Positions 39,635 to 49,847 of a stretch of 64,000 nucleotides of DNA are shown piece by piece; within the stretch, counting starts at the first letter, position 1; the number at the start of each line of letters is the position of its first letter. A program made the translations under genes and the position numbers. Below the pieces are notes generated by a model, which worked only from the letters and a program-made list of their open reading frames with translations, was not told where the DNA came from and made no database searches. This stretch comes from Gammaproteobacteria bacterium (lineage in GTDB: Bacteria > Pseudomonadota > Gammaproteobacteria > Ga0077536). The stretch lies in assembly GCA_963662545.2 (NCBI GenBank), contig CAXXLL010000002.1, positions 1,344,001 to 1,408,000 of the forward strand. The letters are read 5' to 3'.

Positions 39635-40750
39635 ATGACCTCATATCGAAGCGTTATTCGGATCGCTGTCATCTTTGCCGTTTCGCTTGCCGGCCAGTGG
39701 GCCTGGGCGACGGAGCCGCAGTGCAGCCGGCAGGAATTTCAGAATTGCCTGAATGGCGTAGGGACTTCGGTTACCAATGGTGGCGGTTTGCGGGTCGCCG
39801 GCGCGGAACACGACGACGTGGCGCGGGAGCGCAGCGGGCGCTCGGCGGAGAAGGGCACGGCCTCGCTGTTTTCATCTTCGCGAACCTTGGCCGCGGGTGA
39901 CGACGTCGCCGGCGGAGTATTCGCTCTATGGGGCAGTTATTCCTTTTCGGATTTCGACAGCGATTTTGCGTTTCAGGGCACCTCCCTCGCTTTCGACGCC
40001 GATGCGCACAATGTCCTCGCAGGATTCGACCGACTGTTCGCTGATCGGTTTCTGCTGGGACTGGCCTTCGGATACCAGTGGGTCGATGCCGAAACGGACT
40101 TCAATGGCGGCGGACAGGAGAACGACGGGTTTATCGTTGCCCCGTATGCGGCAGTGCTGCTGAACGATACCTTTAGCGTCGACGTCATGGGTGGTTATTC
40201 GCCGCTCGAATACGATCAGGATCGTATTTCACGTGCGGACGCCACCGATATCAGCGCGCGCTTCGATGCCGATCGCTGGTTCGTCGCCGCCAATGTAAAC
40301 GCCTTCATGTCGCTGGGAAACTGGGTGTTGTCGGCCAAGATCGGTTACCTCCATACCGAAGAGAAGCAGGATGCGTATACGGAAACGGGCAGCGCTTTGA
40401 GCGCGGCCGGTGTCGGCGGTGCATCGCTTCGCTCGGTCGCTAAACGCAATGTCGATCTCACCCAGATCATCGCCGGCGCTGAAGTCGGTTATAGCTTTGG
40501 CGCATTCGAGCCTTATGCCATGGTGGCGTTCCACGAGGAGCTCGATCGTGACGACGACGAAAGTGCGGGCGGACTCCCGGGGAATTTCACCAGCGTGCAG
40601 CCGGACGATGATGACGAGGTTCAGTTCGGCGGGGGGATCCGGTATTACACGGAATGGGGGCTGTCGACCACGCTCGAATATTCACGTGTCGAGGGCCGTA
40701 AGAACTTCGACAGCCAGACCGTGATGTTCATCTTGAGAGCCTCTCTCTAA
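39635..40750 (+). CDS. Autotransporter-type outer-membrane beta-barrel protein with a very short passenger
   Basis: Signal peptide; ALWGSYS..., AGFDR...LLGLAFGY; alternating beta-strand pattern to the C-terminus. Confidence 0.78.
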   Translation: MTSYRSVIRIAVIFAVSLAGQWAWATEPQCSRQEFQNCLNGVGTSVTNGGGLRVAGAEHDDVARERSGRSAEKGTASLFSSSRTLAAGDDVAGGVFALWGSYSFSDFDSDFAFQGTSLAFDADAHNVLAGFDRLFADRFLLGLAFGYQWVDAETDFNGGGQENDGFIVAPYAAVLLNDTFSVDVMGGYSPLEYDQDRISRADATDISARFDADRWFVAANVNAFMSLGNWVLSAKIGYLHTEEKQDAYTETGSALSAAGVGGASLRSVAKRNVDLTQIIAGAEVGYSFGAFEPYAMVAFHEELDRDDDESAGGLPGNFTSVQPDDDDEVQFGGGIRYYTEWGLSTTLEYSRVEGRKNFDSQTVMFILRASL

Positions 40751-40755
40751 AGAAA

Positions 40756-40787
40756 CGATGCGCGGCCGGCCTTAGACGCGCGCATCG
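40756..40787. terminator. Hairpin between convergent genes
   Basis: cgatgcgcg...cgcgcatcg. Confidence 0.45.
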
Positions 40788-40794
40788 CGGTCAC

Positions 40795-41340
40795 TTACTG
40801 TGCGGGCGGTGGCGCCGGATACCATTCTTCGGGTTCGGGCATGTCGGCGCCTTCGGGAATGATGAATAGCTCGAAGGTCGTGGTGGTCGCCTCCTCAGTT
40901 TCGAAATAGGCATAGGGAACGAGATCCTTCCAGAGCCCGGACTGGACCTTCTTGAAGCCGCGCTGCTCGAATTCCTCGACCCGCTCCTGCCATGACATGT
41001 CGCCGCAATGAAAGGCGGTGTGGTGTATGCCTTCTCCATGTTTATCGAGAAACTCGGTGTAAATACTCGGGCCTTTGATGGGCTCGATGATCTCCCACAT
41101 CATCGAGCCGTTGAAAGCGAGACAGAGCTTCATCGAATATTCGCCGGGCCCGCCGCGGTAGGTCATCTCACTGACGGTCGTATCATCGAAGGTATAAACG
41201 GCCCACGGCCCGATCCCGAGTCTGATCATGCCGTCCATGGTTCGGTAAATGTCGCGTGTGACAATGCATATCTGCATCGTATCCGTCAAGAAACTGTTAC
41301 TGAGCGTAATGTCACCGGTGGGCGTGGGCTGATTGGTCAT
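40795..41340 (-). CDS. VOC-family protein (methylmalonyl-CoA epimerase/glyoxalase-like)
   Basis: QICIVTRD, LGIGPW and EIIEP..GPSIYTEFLDKHGEGIHH motifs. Confidence 0.88.
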   Translation of the reverse strand: MTNQPTPTGDITLSNSFLTDTMQICIVTRDIYRTMDGMIRLGIGPWAVYTFDDTTVSEMTYRGGPGEYSMKLCLAFNGSMMWEIIEPIKGPSIYTEFLDKHGEGIHHTAFHCGDMSWQERVEEFEQRGFKKVQSGLWKDLVPYAYFETEEATTTTFELFIIPEGADMPEPEEWYPAPPPAQ

Positions 41341-41438
41341 ATCGATATTCCTATTTTTCTTTTGCCGGGCAGTTCGCGATCGACGAGAATGCCGACCCCA
41401 GCAGCAAGGCTGCGGTTCGCGTCTAAGAGGATACCTAA

Positions 41439-42866
41439 TTGAACCTGCTACACCATAATACTTTCAAGGACATGATGAACGACGTGGTCGACGCCGGCAC
41501 TTGCTGCGAATGCGGGGCCTGCGTGCTCGCATGTCCGCACAACGTCATCGAGTACATCGATGGCAAGCCGAAACAGACCGCGAAGGCCTCGGCGGCGTTC
41601 GATTTTTGTGGGGTGAGCGAAGGGCCAGGTTGCGACGTCTGCGCGGCGGTCTGCCCGCGGCTGTGGCCGCGCGAGGATCACCTGAGGAACGTCCAGTTCG
41701 GGAACGAGCGCCCCTACGAGGATATTTTCGGTGTGTTTCGCAATATCTTCGTCGCGCGCTCGACGCACCCTGAACTCGCGGAAGCCGGACAGGACGGCGG
41801 CATCGTGACGGCGTTGCTGGCGTGGGCCAGGGCGACGGACCGTATCGACGGTGCAATCGTCTCAGCGGTCGGGGAGAACGACGATCCCTGCATCCCGACG
41901 CCGAAGGTCGTTACCACCGTCGAAGAGATCAAGGCCACTACTGGCAGTTGGTATACCTACTGCTCCAATAATCTCGCGCTCGAAGAAGTCCGCACGAGGG
42001 ATTTGAAGAAAGTCGCCTTCGTCGGCGTCCCCTGTCAGATCACACCGCTCAGGAAGATGGAATTCATGGACCCGGGTTTCCTGGTTACGCGCAAGAAGAA
42101 AGTGAAGATCGTCGCGCGCCAACGTGGATTTCTGCGGGATTTCTCAGACCGCGTGGCGTTCAACATCGGCTTGTTCTGCACCAAGGTTTTTCGCCCCGAG
42201 CTCATGACCGAACGCATCGAAAAGCAGATGGGCATTCCCCTGGGCGAGATCAGACAGTTCAACGTTAAGAGCGAGGTACTGATTTATCTCAAGAACGGGG
42301 GGCTGGAGACGATTCCACTGAAAGAAGCCGTGACCGAGTACGAGCGGCTGGAATGCCGACACTGCGGCGATTTTTCGGCGGAACTCGCCGACATCGCTTG
42401 CGGCGGCGTCGGCACCGAACGCGCGACGATCGTGATCATTCGCACGCGCAAGGGTGAGGAGATCTGGCGGGATTTCGAAGCTGCCGGCCAGGTAGAAGTC
42501 GAGCCGATACGCGAGAACAAGCGCGCCTGGAACATCCTCCTGCGCTTGTCGCGGCGTCAGCGTGGCCGCGTTCCAGAAGGGGCGCCGCGCAGCGGTACCA
42601 CGGGCGGCCTTGCTCAGTACGCCGCCGATGTCGACGCGAGCTTGGCGGCGGGTAAATTGGTCGAAGGGATTCGTAGTGAAGAAGAACGAGGCGCCTGTTA
42701 CGACGCGGCATATGCAGGCGAAGCGCGGCCGACTGAAATCGTCGGGTACACCGCCGGTCAGCCGATTCCGGGTGACCCGGGCGCGCCGCCGCCCGGTGAG
42801 AAGCGCAAGCTGCCGCCGCCGCTGGCGCCTAAGGAAGGCGGTGCGGCGCCGGATCGTAGGGGCTAG
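41439..42866 (+). CDS. Coenzyme F420 hydrogenase/dehydrogenase beta-subunit family protein (FrhB/FdhB) with N-terminal ferredoxin
   Basis: CCECGACVLACP; GQDGGIVTALL; VAFVGVPCQI; IGLFC; CRHCGDFSAELADI. Confidence 0.88.
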   Translation: MNLLHHNTFKDMMNDVVDAGTCCECGACVLACPHNVIEYIDGKPKQTAKASAAFDFCGVSEGPGCDVCAAVCPRLWPREDHLRNVQFGNERPYEDIFGVFRNIFVARSTHPELAEAGQDGGIVTALLAWARATDRIDGAIVSAVGENDDPCIPTPKVVTTVEEIKATTGSWYTYCSNNLALEEVRTRDLKKVAFVGVPCQITPLRKMEFMDPGFLVTRKKKVKIVARQRGFLRDFSDRVAFNIGLFCTKVFRPELMTERIEKQMGIPLGEIRQFNVKSEVLIYLKNGGLETIPLKEAVTEYERLECRHCGDFSAELADIACGGVGTERATIVIIRTRKGEEIWRDFEAAGQVEVEPIRENKRAWNILLRLSRRQRGRVPEGAPRSGTTGGLAQYAADVDASLAAGKLVEGIRSEEERGACYDAAYAGEARPTEIVGYTAGQPIPGDPGAPPPGEKRKLPPPLAPKEGGAAPDRRG

Positions 42867-43173
42867 AAAGACTGTGGCGTTTTCGACCCGTGCGGGTCGC
42901 CGACGACCGGGGAGGTTCGAACCGCAGGGCGGATCGACGGTCTGATTAAAAGTGCCCGGGCCGCGCGGCTTGGTCACCGGGATTGGCCACCGCCCTTGCG
43001 GAAGCGGGCCTCCAAGCCGTCCAGTAAAGTCGGGTTGGAGCGTGCGCGCCCCTATGAACGGTATCCATATGCCTTTTCGTTATATATTTATTCTTAAACG
43101 CTATAATTAATTCGCGCATTCGAGCGGCACCGGCGGCGCCACCCGACGCCAATCGGATACGGAGGCATAGCGC

Positions 43174-43632
43174 GTGTCGATCAGCGTAAACTCAGGACGA
43201 TTCCGCATTTTCATTTTGCTTGCGGTTCTGTTTATCGCGACGTCATTGTCGGCACAGGAGTACCTCGTCGAGAACTTCGCCATTACGGAACCGTTGACAG
43301 GCGAAGCGGGCGATCCGGAGCGCGGCCAGTCCGTCATGATCGAGCGCGATCTCGGCAACTGCCTGGGTTGCCACGAAGTGCCGGTCGACGCCGAATTTTT
43401 CGGGACCACTGGACCCACGCTGGCCGGCGTGGGCGATCGCCTGACTCCAGCGCAACTTCGCTTGCGTCTCGTGGATTCCAAGCAGTTCAACCCAATGAGT
43501 ATGATGCCGTCTTATTACAAGACCGAAGGCTTGCACCGTGTGCAAAAAGAATTCGAGGGCAAGACCGTCCTGAGCGCGCAACAGATTGAGGACATCATTG
43601 CCTTTCTCGTGACGCTTAAACGTCAAAAATGA
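43174..43632 (+). CDS. soxX: SoxX c-type cytochrome
   Basis: GDPERG, GNCLGCH, GPTL and SMMPSYY motifs. Confidence 0.92.
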   Translation: MSISVNSGRFRIFILLAVLFIATSLSAQEYLVENFAITEPLTGEAGDPERGQSVMIERDLGNCLGCHEVPVDAEFFGTTGPTLAGVGDRLTPAQLRLRLVDSKQFNPMSMMPSYYKTEGLHRVQKEFEGKTVLSAQQIEDIIAFLVTLKRQK

Positions 43633-43670
43633 CGAGGCGACGGGGATTCGCCCGAACGAGGATTCGATCG

Positions 43671-44144
43671 ATGAATGATCAGAACGTTAATCTATGCGGC
43701 ATGACCCGGCGCCTGATGGTGGTGCGATCCGCGGCTTTAGCGGCCCTGCTCGCGAGCGGTATCGCCATCGGCGATGAACGCATCGAACGCGCGCGGGCCG
43801 CGATGAAGAAGCTCATCGGAGAACGCGCGATAGAAGACGGCGGGATCACTCTCAAGACGCCGTCGATTGCGGAAAACGGTAACACCGTACCGGTCAGCGT
43901 TGCCGTCGATGCGCCATTTACCGCGGATCGGTACGTCAAGGCAATACACCTCTTTGCCGAGGAGAATCCGGCGCCGGAAGTAGCGAGCTTCTTCTTCACG
44001 CGCGCCAGCGGCAAGGCCAGCGCGTCCACACGTATCCGGCTTGCTAAAACGCAGCGAGTGATCGCCATCGCCGAATTCTCGGACGGACGCATTCTGCGTA
44101 CCGCGAACGAAGTCAAGGTCACCATCGGCGGCTGCGGCGGCTGA
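43671..44144 (+). CDS. soxY: Sulfur carrier protein SoxY
   Basis: Tat-like TRR; P.IAENGNTVPV; C-terminal VKVTIGGCGG. Confidence 0.95.
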   Translation: MNDQNVNLCGMTRRLMVVRSAALAALLASGIAIGDERIERARAAMKKLIGERAIEDGGITLKTPSIAENGNTVPVSVAVDAPFTADRYVKAIHLFAEENPAPEVASFFFTRASGKASASTRIRLAKTQRVIAIAEFSDGRILRTANEVKVTIGGCGG

Positions 44145-44161
44145 AGCCGGAGGTATAAACC

Positions 44162-44488
44162 ATGGCGAAACCAAGGGTCAAGATCTCCAAGAAGATCAAA
44201 AAGGCCGAACCTTTTGAAGTTAAAACCCTGATTTCGCACAAGATGGAATCGGGCCAGCGGAAGAACGAGGAAACCGGGGAAAATTTTCCAAGAAAGATCA
44301 TCAATACTTTTATTTGCAAACTCGACGGCGAAGAAGTATTCCGAGTAAAACTATATCCTGCTGTTTCTGCTAACCCGTTCCTTTCGTTCTACGTGACGGC
44401 CGAAAAAAGCGGTGAACTCGAGTTCATCTGGATCGAGGACGACGGTACCGAAACGCAGTACAAAAAAAGCTTCGAGGTTCCTGCTTGA
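44162..44488 (+). CDS. soxZ: SoxZ
   Basis: LISHKMESGQRK and PAVSANPFLSF motifs. Confidence 0.95.
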   Translation: MAKPRVKISKKIKKAEPFEVKTLISHKMESGQRKNEETGENFPRKIINTFICKLDGEEVFRVKLYPAVSANPFLSFYVTAEKSGELEFIWIEDDGTETQYKKSFEVPA

Positions 44489-45288
44489 AGCGTCAAACCG
44501 TTTTGTTTTGCTTGAGTGTGGCAGCAGGCAATTTAATGAACACCGCGAATGCTGCGGATACGGAGGATTGGAGCAGTTTCCAGGTTAAGGACCGGCGTAG
44601 CGGTTATACTTATGCGCGCGTCGAAACGCGTGCAATCCAGGACGACGATTTTGACAACCCCGGTTACATCTGGGTCGAAAATGGCGCGGAGTTATGGGCA
44701 ACACAGGACGGCAGTAAGGGGAAGTCATGTATGGATTGCCACGACGATGCGGCCGCGTCGATGCGTAGCGTCGGCGCGACCTATCCGGTCTATCTCCCGC
44801 AAAGCAAAAAATTAATCAATATCGAAAACCGGATCAATCAGTGCCGGACCGCGCAGATGGGGGCAAGCGCCTGGGCGTGGGACACCGAGCCGCTGCTCGC
44901 CATGACGGCTTTCATAAAAAATCAATCGAAGGGGATGGCAGTCAGCCCCCAGATCGACGGTCCGGCGGCACCGTTTTTCGAAGCGGGCAAGGCGTTCTAT
45001 CACCAACGCCGCGGACAGCTCGACCTGGCTTGCCTACATTGCCATGAAATGAATCACGGCCGCATGCTCCGCGCCCAGCGCCTGAGTCAGGGCATGTCGA
45101 ACGGGTTTCCGACCTACCGGCTCAAGTGGCAGACGCTGGGATCCTTACACCGGCGTTTTCGCGGGTGCAACCGCCAAGTCCGGGCCATACCCTACGCAGC
45201 CGGCGCCGACGAATACGTGAATCTGGAACTGTATCTGGCCTGGCGCGCACGTGGTTTACCGGTGGAGACCCCGGCTGTGCGTAACTGA
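44485..45288 (+). CDS. soxA: SoxA (two CxxCH motifs)
   Basis: CMDCH; RRGQLDLACLHCH; FPTYRLKWQ...RFRGC. Confidence 0.95.
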   Translation: MKRQTVLFCLSVAAGNLMNTANAADTEDWSSFQVKDRRSGYTYARVETRAIQDDDFDNPGYIWVENGAELWATQDGSKGKSCMDCHDDAAASMRSVGATYPVYLPQSKKLINIENRINQCRTAQMGASAWAWDTEPLLAMTAFIKNQSKGMAVSPQIDGPAAPFFEAGKAFYHQRRGQLDLACLHCHEMNHGRMLRAQRLSQGMSNGFPTYRLKWQTLGSLHRRFRGCNRQVRAIPYAAGADEYVNLELYLAWRARGLPVETPAVRN

Positions 45289-46973
45289 TGTTGGACCGGC
45301 GATCGTTCCTGCAGGTCGCTCTGGCGCTTGGAGCCTGTGGGACGGCGCCGGGCTCGGTCTCGCGGGCGATGGCGACCCAGGCGCTGAAACAGTCTCAATT
45401 GCTGCGCTTCGATGCACTGGGTCAGGTCACCTTGCTCCATTTCACCGACATCCACGCCCAGCTCAAACCACTTTTTTTCCGTGAACCCTCGGTCAACATT
45501 GGTGTCGGCGACGTCGCCCGCAAGCCGCCCCATCTCACCGGCAGGGAATACCTCGATCATTACGGTATAGAACCGCGCAGCGCGCTCGCGCATGCTTTGA
45601 CTGCGGAAGACTTCGCGGCGCTCGCAATGGCCTACGGGCGGGTCGGCGGCGTTGATCGACTGGCGACCTTGATCTACGCGATCCGCGCTGAGCGCGAGCA
45701 CAAGACCTTGTTGCTCGACGGCGGTGATACCTGGCAGGGCTCTTACACCGCGCTGGCGACGCAGGGTGCCGACATGGTGCGGGTCATGAACGCCCTGGGC
45801 GTCGACGCGATGACCGCGCATTGGGAATACACCTACGGTCAGGCGCGCGTCGAACAACTGATCAAATCACTGAATTTCCCGCTGCTGGCCGGCAATGTCT
45901 TCGACAACGAATGGAACGAAGCGGTATTCGATTCGACCGCTTATTTCGAACGGGGCGGCGTCAAGATAGCGGTGATCGGACAGGCCTTTCCGTATACGCC
46001 GATCGCCAACCCGCGCTACAAGATTCCGAACTGGTCATTCGGCGTGCGCGAAGACGTCGTCCGCAACAACGTTGCGGCGGCACGTGCAGAGGGTGCTGAA
46101 CTGGTGGTGCTCTTGAGTCACAACGGATTTGATGTCGATCGCAAACTCGCGGGGCGCACTCAAGGGATTGACGTCATCCTGACCGGACATACGCATGATG
46201 CGCTGCCGGCGGTCGTGGAAGTCAATAAGACGCTGCTGATCGCGTCGGGATCCCACGGCAAGTTTCTTTCGCGGCTCGATCTCGAGGTTAAAAAGGGCCG
46301 TGTTACCGATTACCGATTTCGACTGATTCCCGTATTTTCCGACGCGATCACGCCGGATCCCGGCATGCAGGCCCTGGTCGAGGAGATTCGTGCTCCGTAC
46401 CGCGGGAAACTCGATCGGGTGTTGGGCGAAACCCAGTCGCTGCTATACCGGCGTGGCAACCTCAACGGCACCTTTGACGACTTGATCCTGGCGGCGATCC
46501 GCGAAGCGCGCGACGCCGAAATCGCGCTGTCTCCGGGTTTTCGCTGGGGCGCAAGCCTGGTGCCGGGGCAAAACATCACGGTCGATGACGTCTACAATCA
46601 AACGGCAATTACCTATCCGGAGGTGTACCGAACGACGATGACCGGCGCGCGCCTCAAGGCAGTGCTCGAGGATGTTGCCGATAACCTGTTCAATCCCGAT
46701 CCTTACTATCAACAGGGGGGCGACATGGTTCGAGTCGCCGGTCTCGCTTATCGCCTGCGGGTTAACGCGCCGGCCGGACGGCGCATCGAGCAGTTGTCGA
46801 TAATGCCCAGCGGCGCACTGATAGATGCCTCGCGCGAGTATGTCGTGACGGGGTGGGCGTCGGTTAATGAAGACGTCGAGGGCCCTCCCGTCTACGATAT
46901 CGTGAGCGGCTATATTGAGTCCTTGGGCAAGGCCGTGCGGATCGCACCAAATGATGCCGTGCAGATCGTGTGA
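45288..46973 (+). CDS. soxB: Thiosulfohydrolase SoxB
   Basis: Tat DRRSFL; HFTDIHAQLKPLFFREPS; LLDGGDTWQGS; DPYYQQGGDMVR. Confidence 0.96.
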   Translation: MLDRRSFLQVALALGACGTAPGSVSRAMATQALKQSQLLRFDALGQVTLLHFTDIHAQLKPLFFREPSVNIGVGDVARKPPHLTGREYLDHYGIEPRSALAHALTAEDFAALAMAYGRVGGVDRLATLIYAIRAEREHKTLLLDGGDTWQGSYTALATQGADMVRVMNALGVDAMTAHWEYTYGQARVEQLIKSLNFPLLAGNVFDNEWNEAVFDSTAYFERGGVKIAVIGQAFPYTPIANPRYKIPNWSFGVREDVVRNNVAAARAEGAELVVLLSHNGFDVDRKLAGRTQGIDVILTGHTHDALPAVVEVNKTLLIASGSHGKFLSRLDLEVKKGRVTDYRFRLIPVFSDAITPDPGMQALVEEIRAPYRGKLDRVLGETQSLLYRRGNLNGTFDDLILAAIREARDAEIALSPGFRWGASLVPGQNITVDDVYNQTAITYPEVYRTTMTGARLKAVLEDVADNLFNPDPYYQQGGDMVRVAGLAYRLRVNAPAGRRIEQLSIMPSGALIDASREYVVTGWASVNEDVEGPPVYDIVSGYIESLGKAVRIAPNDAVQIV

Positions 46974-46998
46974 CCCGCCGGCCAAAGCAGATCCGGGA

Positions 46999-48054
46999 TC
47001 ACGCAGGCCCTCTCGCCGGTTTGAAACCGCTGAAAAGTGAAGGCAGGGCGCGGATGTCCTGCACCAGGTCCGGCGGCATATCGGAAGGATGTTCGGCGCT
47101 TGCGCTCGCTTGCAGCGCGTCGCTCATGCCCGCAAAACGCCGTTCGATGGCCTGTGCGATTTGATCGTGACGCCCGATTGCCGTACAGGCTTGCAGCAGT
47201 TCGTCCGGGACCGCGCCGGCCAGTCGATCCCATTCGCCCCGCTTCGTCATCTCGTTCAGTCGCGGACCGAGATCAGTGTAACCCTCTGCTTGCAGCACGG
47301 GCCAGTATGCCGGTGTCGATGCGTAGAATCCGATCCGATATCGCACCCATTCGGTCATCCGTCGCACGGCGTGATCGTCCGGCCCGGTCGCGATGAAACC
47401 GCCGCCGTTAATCTCGAAATGCTCGCGCGGTTTTCCGCTTTTGGCGAGGCCGCGCTCGAGCTGTGGGGCGATGGTTTGGTCGAAGTACTTGCGCGTGCAG
47501 AACGGGTGGAGTCTGAGACCGTCGCCGACTTCGCCCGCGAGCCGGACCATCGACGGTCCGACAGCGGCGATGGTGACTGGCGGCGCCGGAAGGGGTGACT
47601 CTTCGGGCACGAAATTGGGCGGCATCAAAGTGAAACGATAATGTTCTCCCTCGAAGCAAAGTTTCTCTCCGGTTTTCCAGGTGTGCCAGATAGCATGCAG
47701 GGATTGGACGTACTCGCGCATGCGCGGTACCGGCGGACCCCAGGGTACGCTGAAGCGTTTTTCGTTGTGCGCTCGGATCTGGGTGCCGAGGCCCAAGGTG
47801 AACCGGCCCCCGGACGCCTCGTTCAAGTCCCAGCTGATATGGGCGGTCGACATGGGTGACCTTACAAATGCGAGCGCAATACCGGTTGAAAGCTCGATGT
47901 CACGCGTTGAGGTTGCCGCCACGGCCAGCGGCAGGAAGGGGTCGTGACGATTTTCCAGCGTGCAAATGCCGGTAAACCCGCTGGCCTCCATGGCCTCGGC
48001 GCCCGTTTTCGACGCCTGGAGATTATGCTGCGGGATGGTGGTGAAGATGCGCAT
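46999..48054 (-). CDS. LLM-class, probably F420-dependent oxidoreductase (TIGR03617-like), second copy
   Basis: HDPFLPL, GRFTLGLGTQIRAHNEKRFS and FYASTPAY motifs. Confidence 0.85.
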   Translation of the reverse strand: MRIFTTIPQHNLQASKTGAEAMEASGFTGICTLENRHDPFLPLAVAATSTRDIELSTGIALAFVRSPMSTAHISWDLNEASGGRFTLGLGTQIRAHNEKRFSVPWGPPVPRMREYVQSLHAIWHTWKTGEKLCFEGEHYRFTLMPPNFVPEESPLPAPPVTIAAVGPSMVRLAGEVGDGLRLHPFCTRKYFDQTIAPQLERGLAKSGKPREHFEINGGGFIATGPDDHAVRRMTEWVRYRIGFYASTPAYWPVLQAEGYTDLGPRLNEMTKRGEWDRLAGAVPDELLQACTAIGRHDQIAQAIERRFAGMSDALQASASAEHPSDMPPDLVQDIRALPSLFSGFKPARGPA

Positions 48055-48161
48055 GGTCAGAGTTTTCCTGAATGAAAAAATATATCTGCGATCCGGCTTT
48101 TTACGGATACCTAGACTCGTCGCATACTGTAGGGTAACGAGATGAGATTAAGGAGAGGGTA

Positions 48162-49160
48162 ATGAGAACGATTAGTCCCGTGGGGATCATTCAAATAGTG
48201 GTTCTGGCAATTCTGTATTCGCTTGCATCGCCGGTTATCGCGACCGGCGATCGCGGCGCACCGCGCAAGGACGCCATCTGGAACTGGACGCCGGAACAGA
48301 TCATCAAGCATGTAAGTACCGTGCGTGCGGGCCGCGACCTCTCGCCTGAGAGTTGGCCCGACGGCGCGCGCGTTGCCGTCACCTTTTCCTTCGATATCGA
48401 TACCGAGCCGGTCTGGATCGGCTTCCAGGAGCAATCGAGCCCATCGTACATGTCGCGCGGGGAGTACGGCGCGCGTACCGGTCAAGCCCGCGTTCTCGCG
48501 CTGCTGGAGAAACACAAGATTCCCGCCACATTTTTCATTCCCGCGATGACCATGGAACTGCATCCGGAGGTCGTGCCCGAGTTGCTGAAACATCCGCACT
48601 ACGAAATTGGATTTCACTCCTATGTACACGAAAATCCGATGCGCTTGAATGAACGGGACGAACGGCGCGTGTATAAGCAGGCCATGGAAATATTTGAAAA
48701 ACACGTCGGTCGTAAGCCGGTAGGCTTCCGCTCCGCGGCCTGGGATCTAACGGAGTCGACCATCAAGATCGTCAAGGAGATGGGGTTTCTTTATGAAAGC
48801 AGCATGATGGCGGACGAAAGACCCTACATGCTGACGTCCGATGGCAAGGAGACGGGCATCATCGAATTGCCCGTGGAATGGATCCTGGACGACTGGCCGC
48901 TGTTTCAGATCAGCTGGCCGTCGAAGCACGTCGCCATACGCAACGCCGAAGACGTACTGTCCATCTGGAGGGACGAGTTCGATGTTGCCCACGAGGAAGG
49001 TACCCTGTTCCTGCTGACTATGCATCCGCAGGTTATCGGTCATCGCTACCGCATCAAGATGCTCGATAAACTCATCACCCACATGAAGAACAAGGGCGAT
49101 GTATGGTTCGCGACCCACGAAGCCGTCGCGCGTCACGTCAAGGAGCAGGCGGGGTTATAA
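48162..49160 (+). CDS. Polysaccharide deacetylase family protein (secreted)
   Basis: WPDGARVAVTFSFDID, EIGFHSYVHE and LTMHPQVIG motifs. Confidence 0.88.
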   Translation: MRTISPVGIIQIVVLAILYSLASPVIATGDRGAPRKDAIWNWTPEQIIKHVSTVRAGRDLSPESWPDGARVAVTFSFDIDTEPVWIGFQEQSSPSYMSRGEYGARTGQARVLALLEKHKIPATFFIPAMTMELHPEVVPELLKHPHYEIGFHSYVHENPMRLNERDERRVYKQAMEIFEKHVGRKPVGFRSAAWDLTESTIKIVKEMGFLYESSMMADERPYMLTSDGKETGIIELPVEWILDDWPLFQISWPSKHVAIRNAEDVLSIWRDEFDVAHEEGTLFLLTMHPQVIGHRYRIKMLDKLITHMKNKGDVWFATHEAVARHVKEQAGL

Positions 49161-49184
49161 ACAAAATCGGGAAGCGGAACAAAA

Positions 49185-49805
49185 ATGCCTACGGTCACGC
49201 ATTACTTCGACTACAAGAGTCCCTATGCCTACCTGGCTCAGGAAGCCACGTTCGAATTGTCGGAACTGCCGGAGGTGACGGTCGAATTTCTCCCGTATAC
49301 GCTGCAGATACCCAAGTACCTCGGCACCGCTGAACTCGACGCCGACGGCCGTGATACCGTCGGCACCCGCAATGACCACCAGTGGCGACGTGTCAGATAT
49401 GCCTACATGGACTGCCGCCGCGAAGCCAATCGACGCGGGCTGACCATTCGGGGGCCGCGTAAGATATTCGACAGCACGATCTCGCATATCGCTTATCTTT
49501 TCGTGCGGAATATGGGTGATTTTCGCACCTTCCACGATGCCGTGTTCGAGCGCTTCTGGCGGCGCGAACTCGACATCGAGGATCGCGGCAGCCTTGCCAC
49601 GCTGATCTCGGAAACCGGATTCGATGCCGACGAGTTCGAGGAATATCTTGCGGGCGACGGACCCGCGGCGCTCGAGCGCATCATCGAGGAAGCCGAGGCC
49701 GCCGGTGTATTCGGCGTGCCGGGCTATCTTGTCGACGGCGATCTTTTTTGGGGCCTTGAGCGTTTGCCGCGCGTCCGCGAGAAGCTTGGTATTGCGTCCA
49801 AGTAG
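49185..49805 (+). CDS. DsbA-family 2-hydroxychromene-2-carboxylate isomerase-like protein
   Basis: YFDYKSPYAYLA and GVFGVP...FWGLERL motifs. Confidence 0.88.
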   Translation: MPTVTHYFDYKSPYAYLAQEATFELSELPEVTVEFLPYTLQIPKYLGTAELDADGRDTVGTRNDHQWRRVRYAYMDCRREANRRGLTIRGPRKIFDSTISHIAYLFVRNMGDFRTFHDAVFERFWRRELDIEDRGSLATLISETGFDADEFEEYLAGDGPAALERIIEEAEAAGVFGVPGYLVDGDLFWGLERLPRVREKLGIASK

Positions 49806-49847
49806 GCGCCGCCGTCAAGCCGAACGACACTGCTACTCTGCGTCTTC

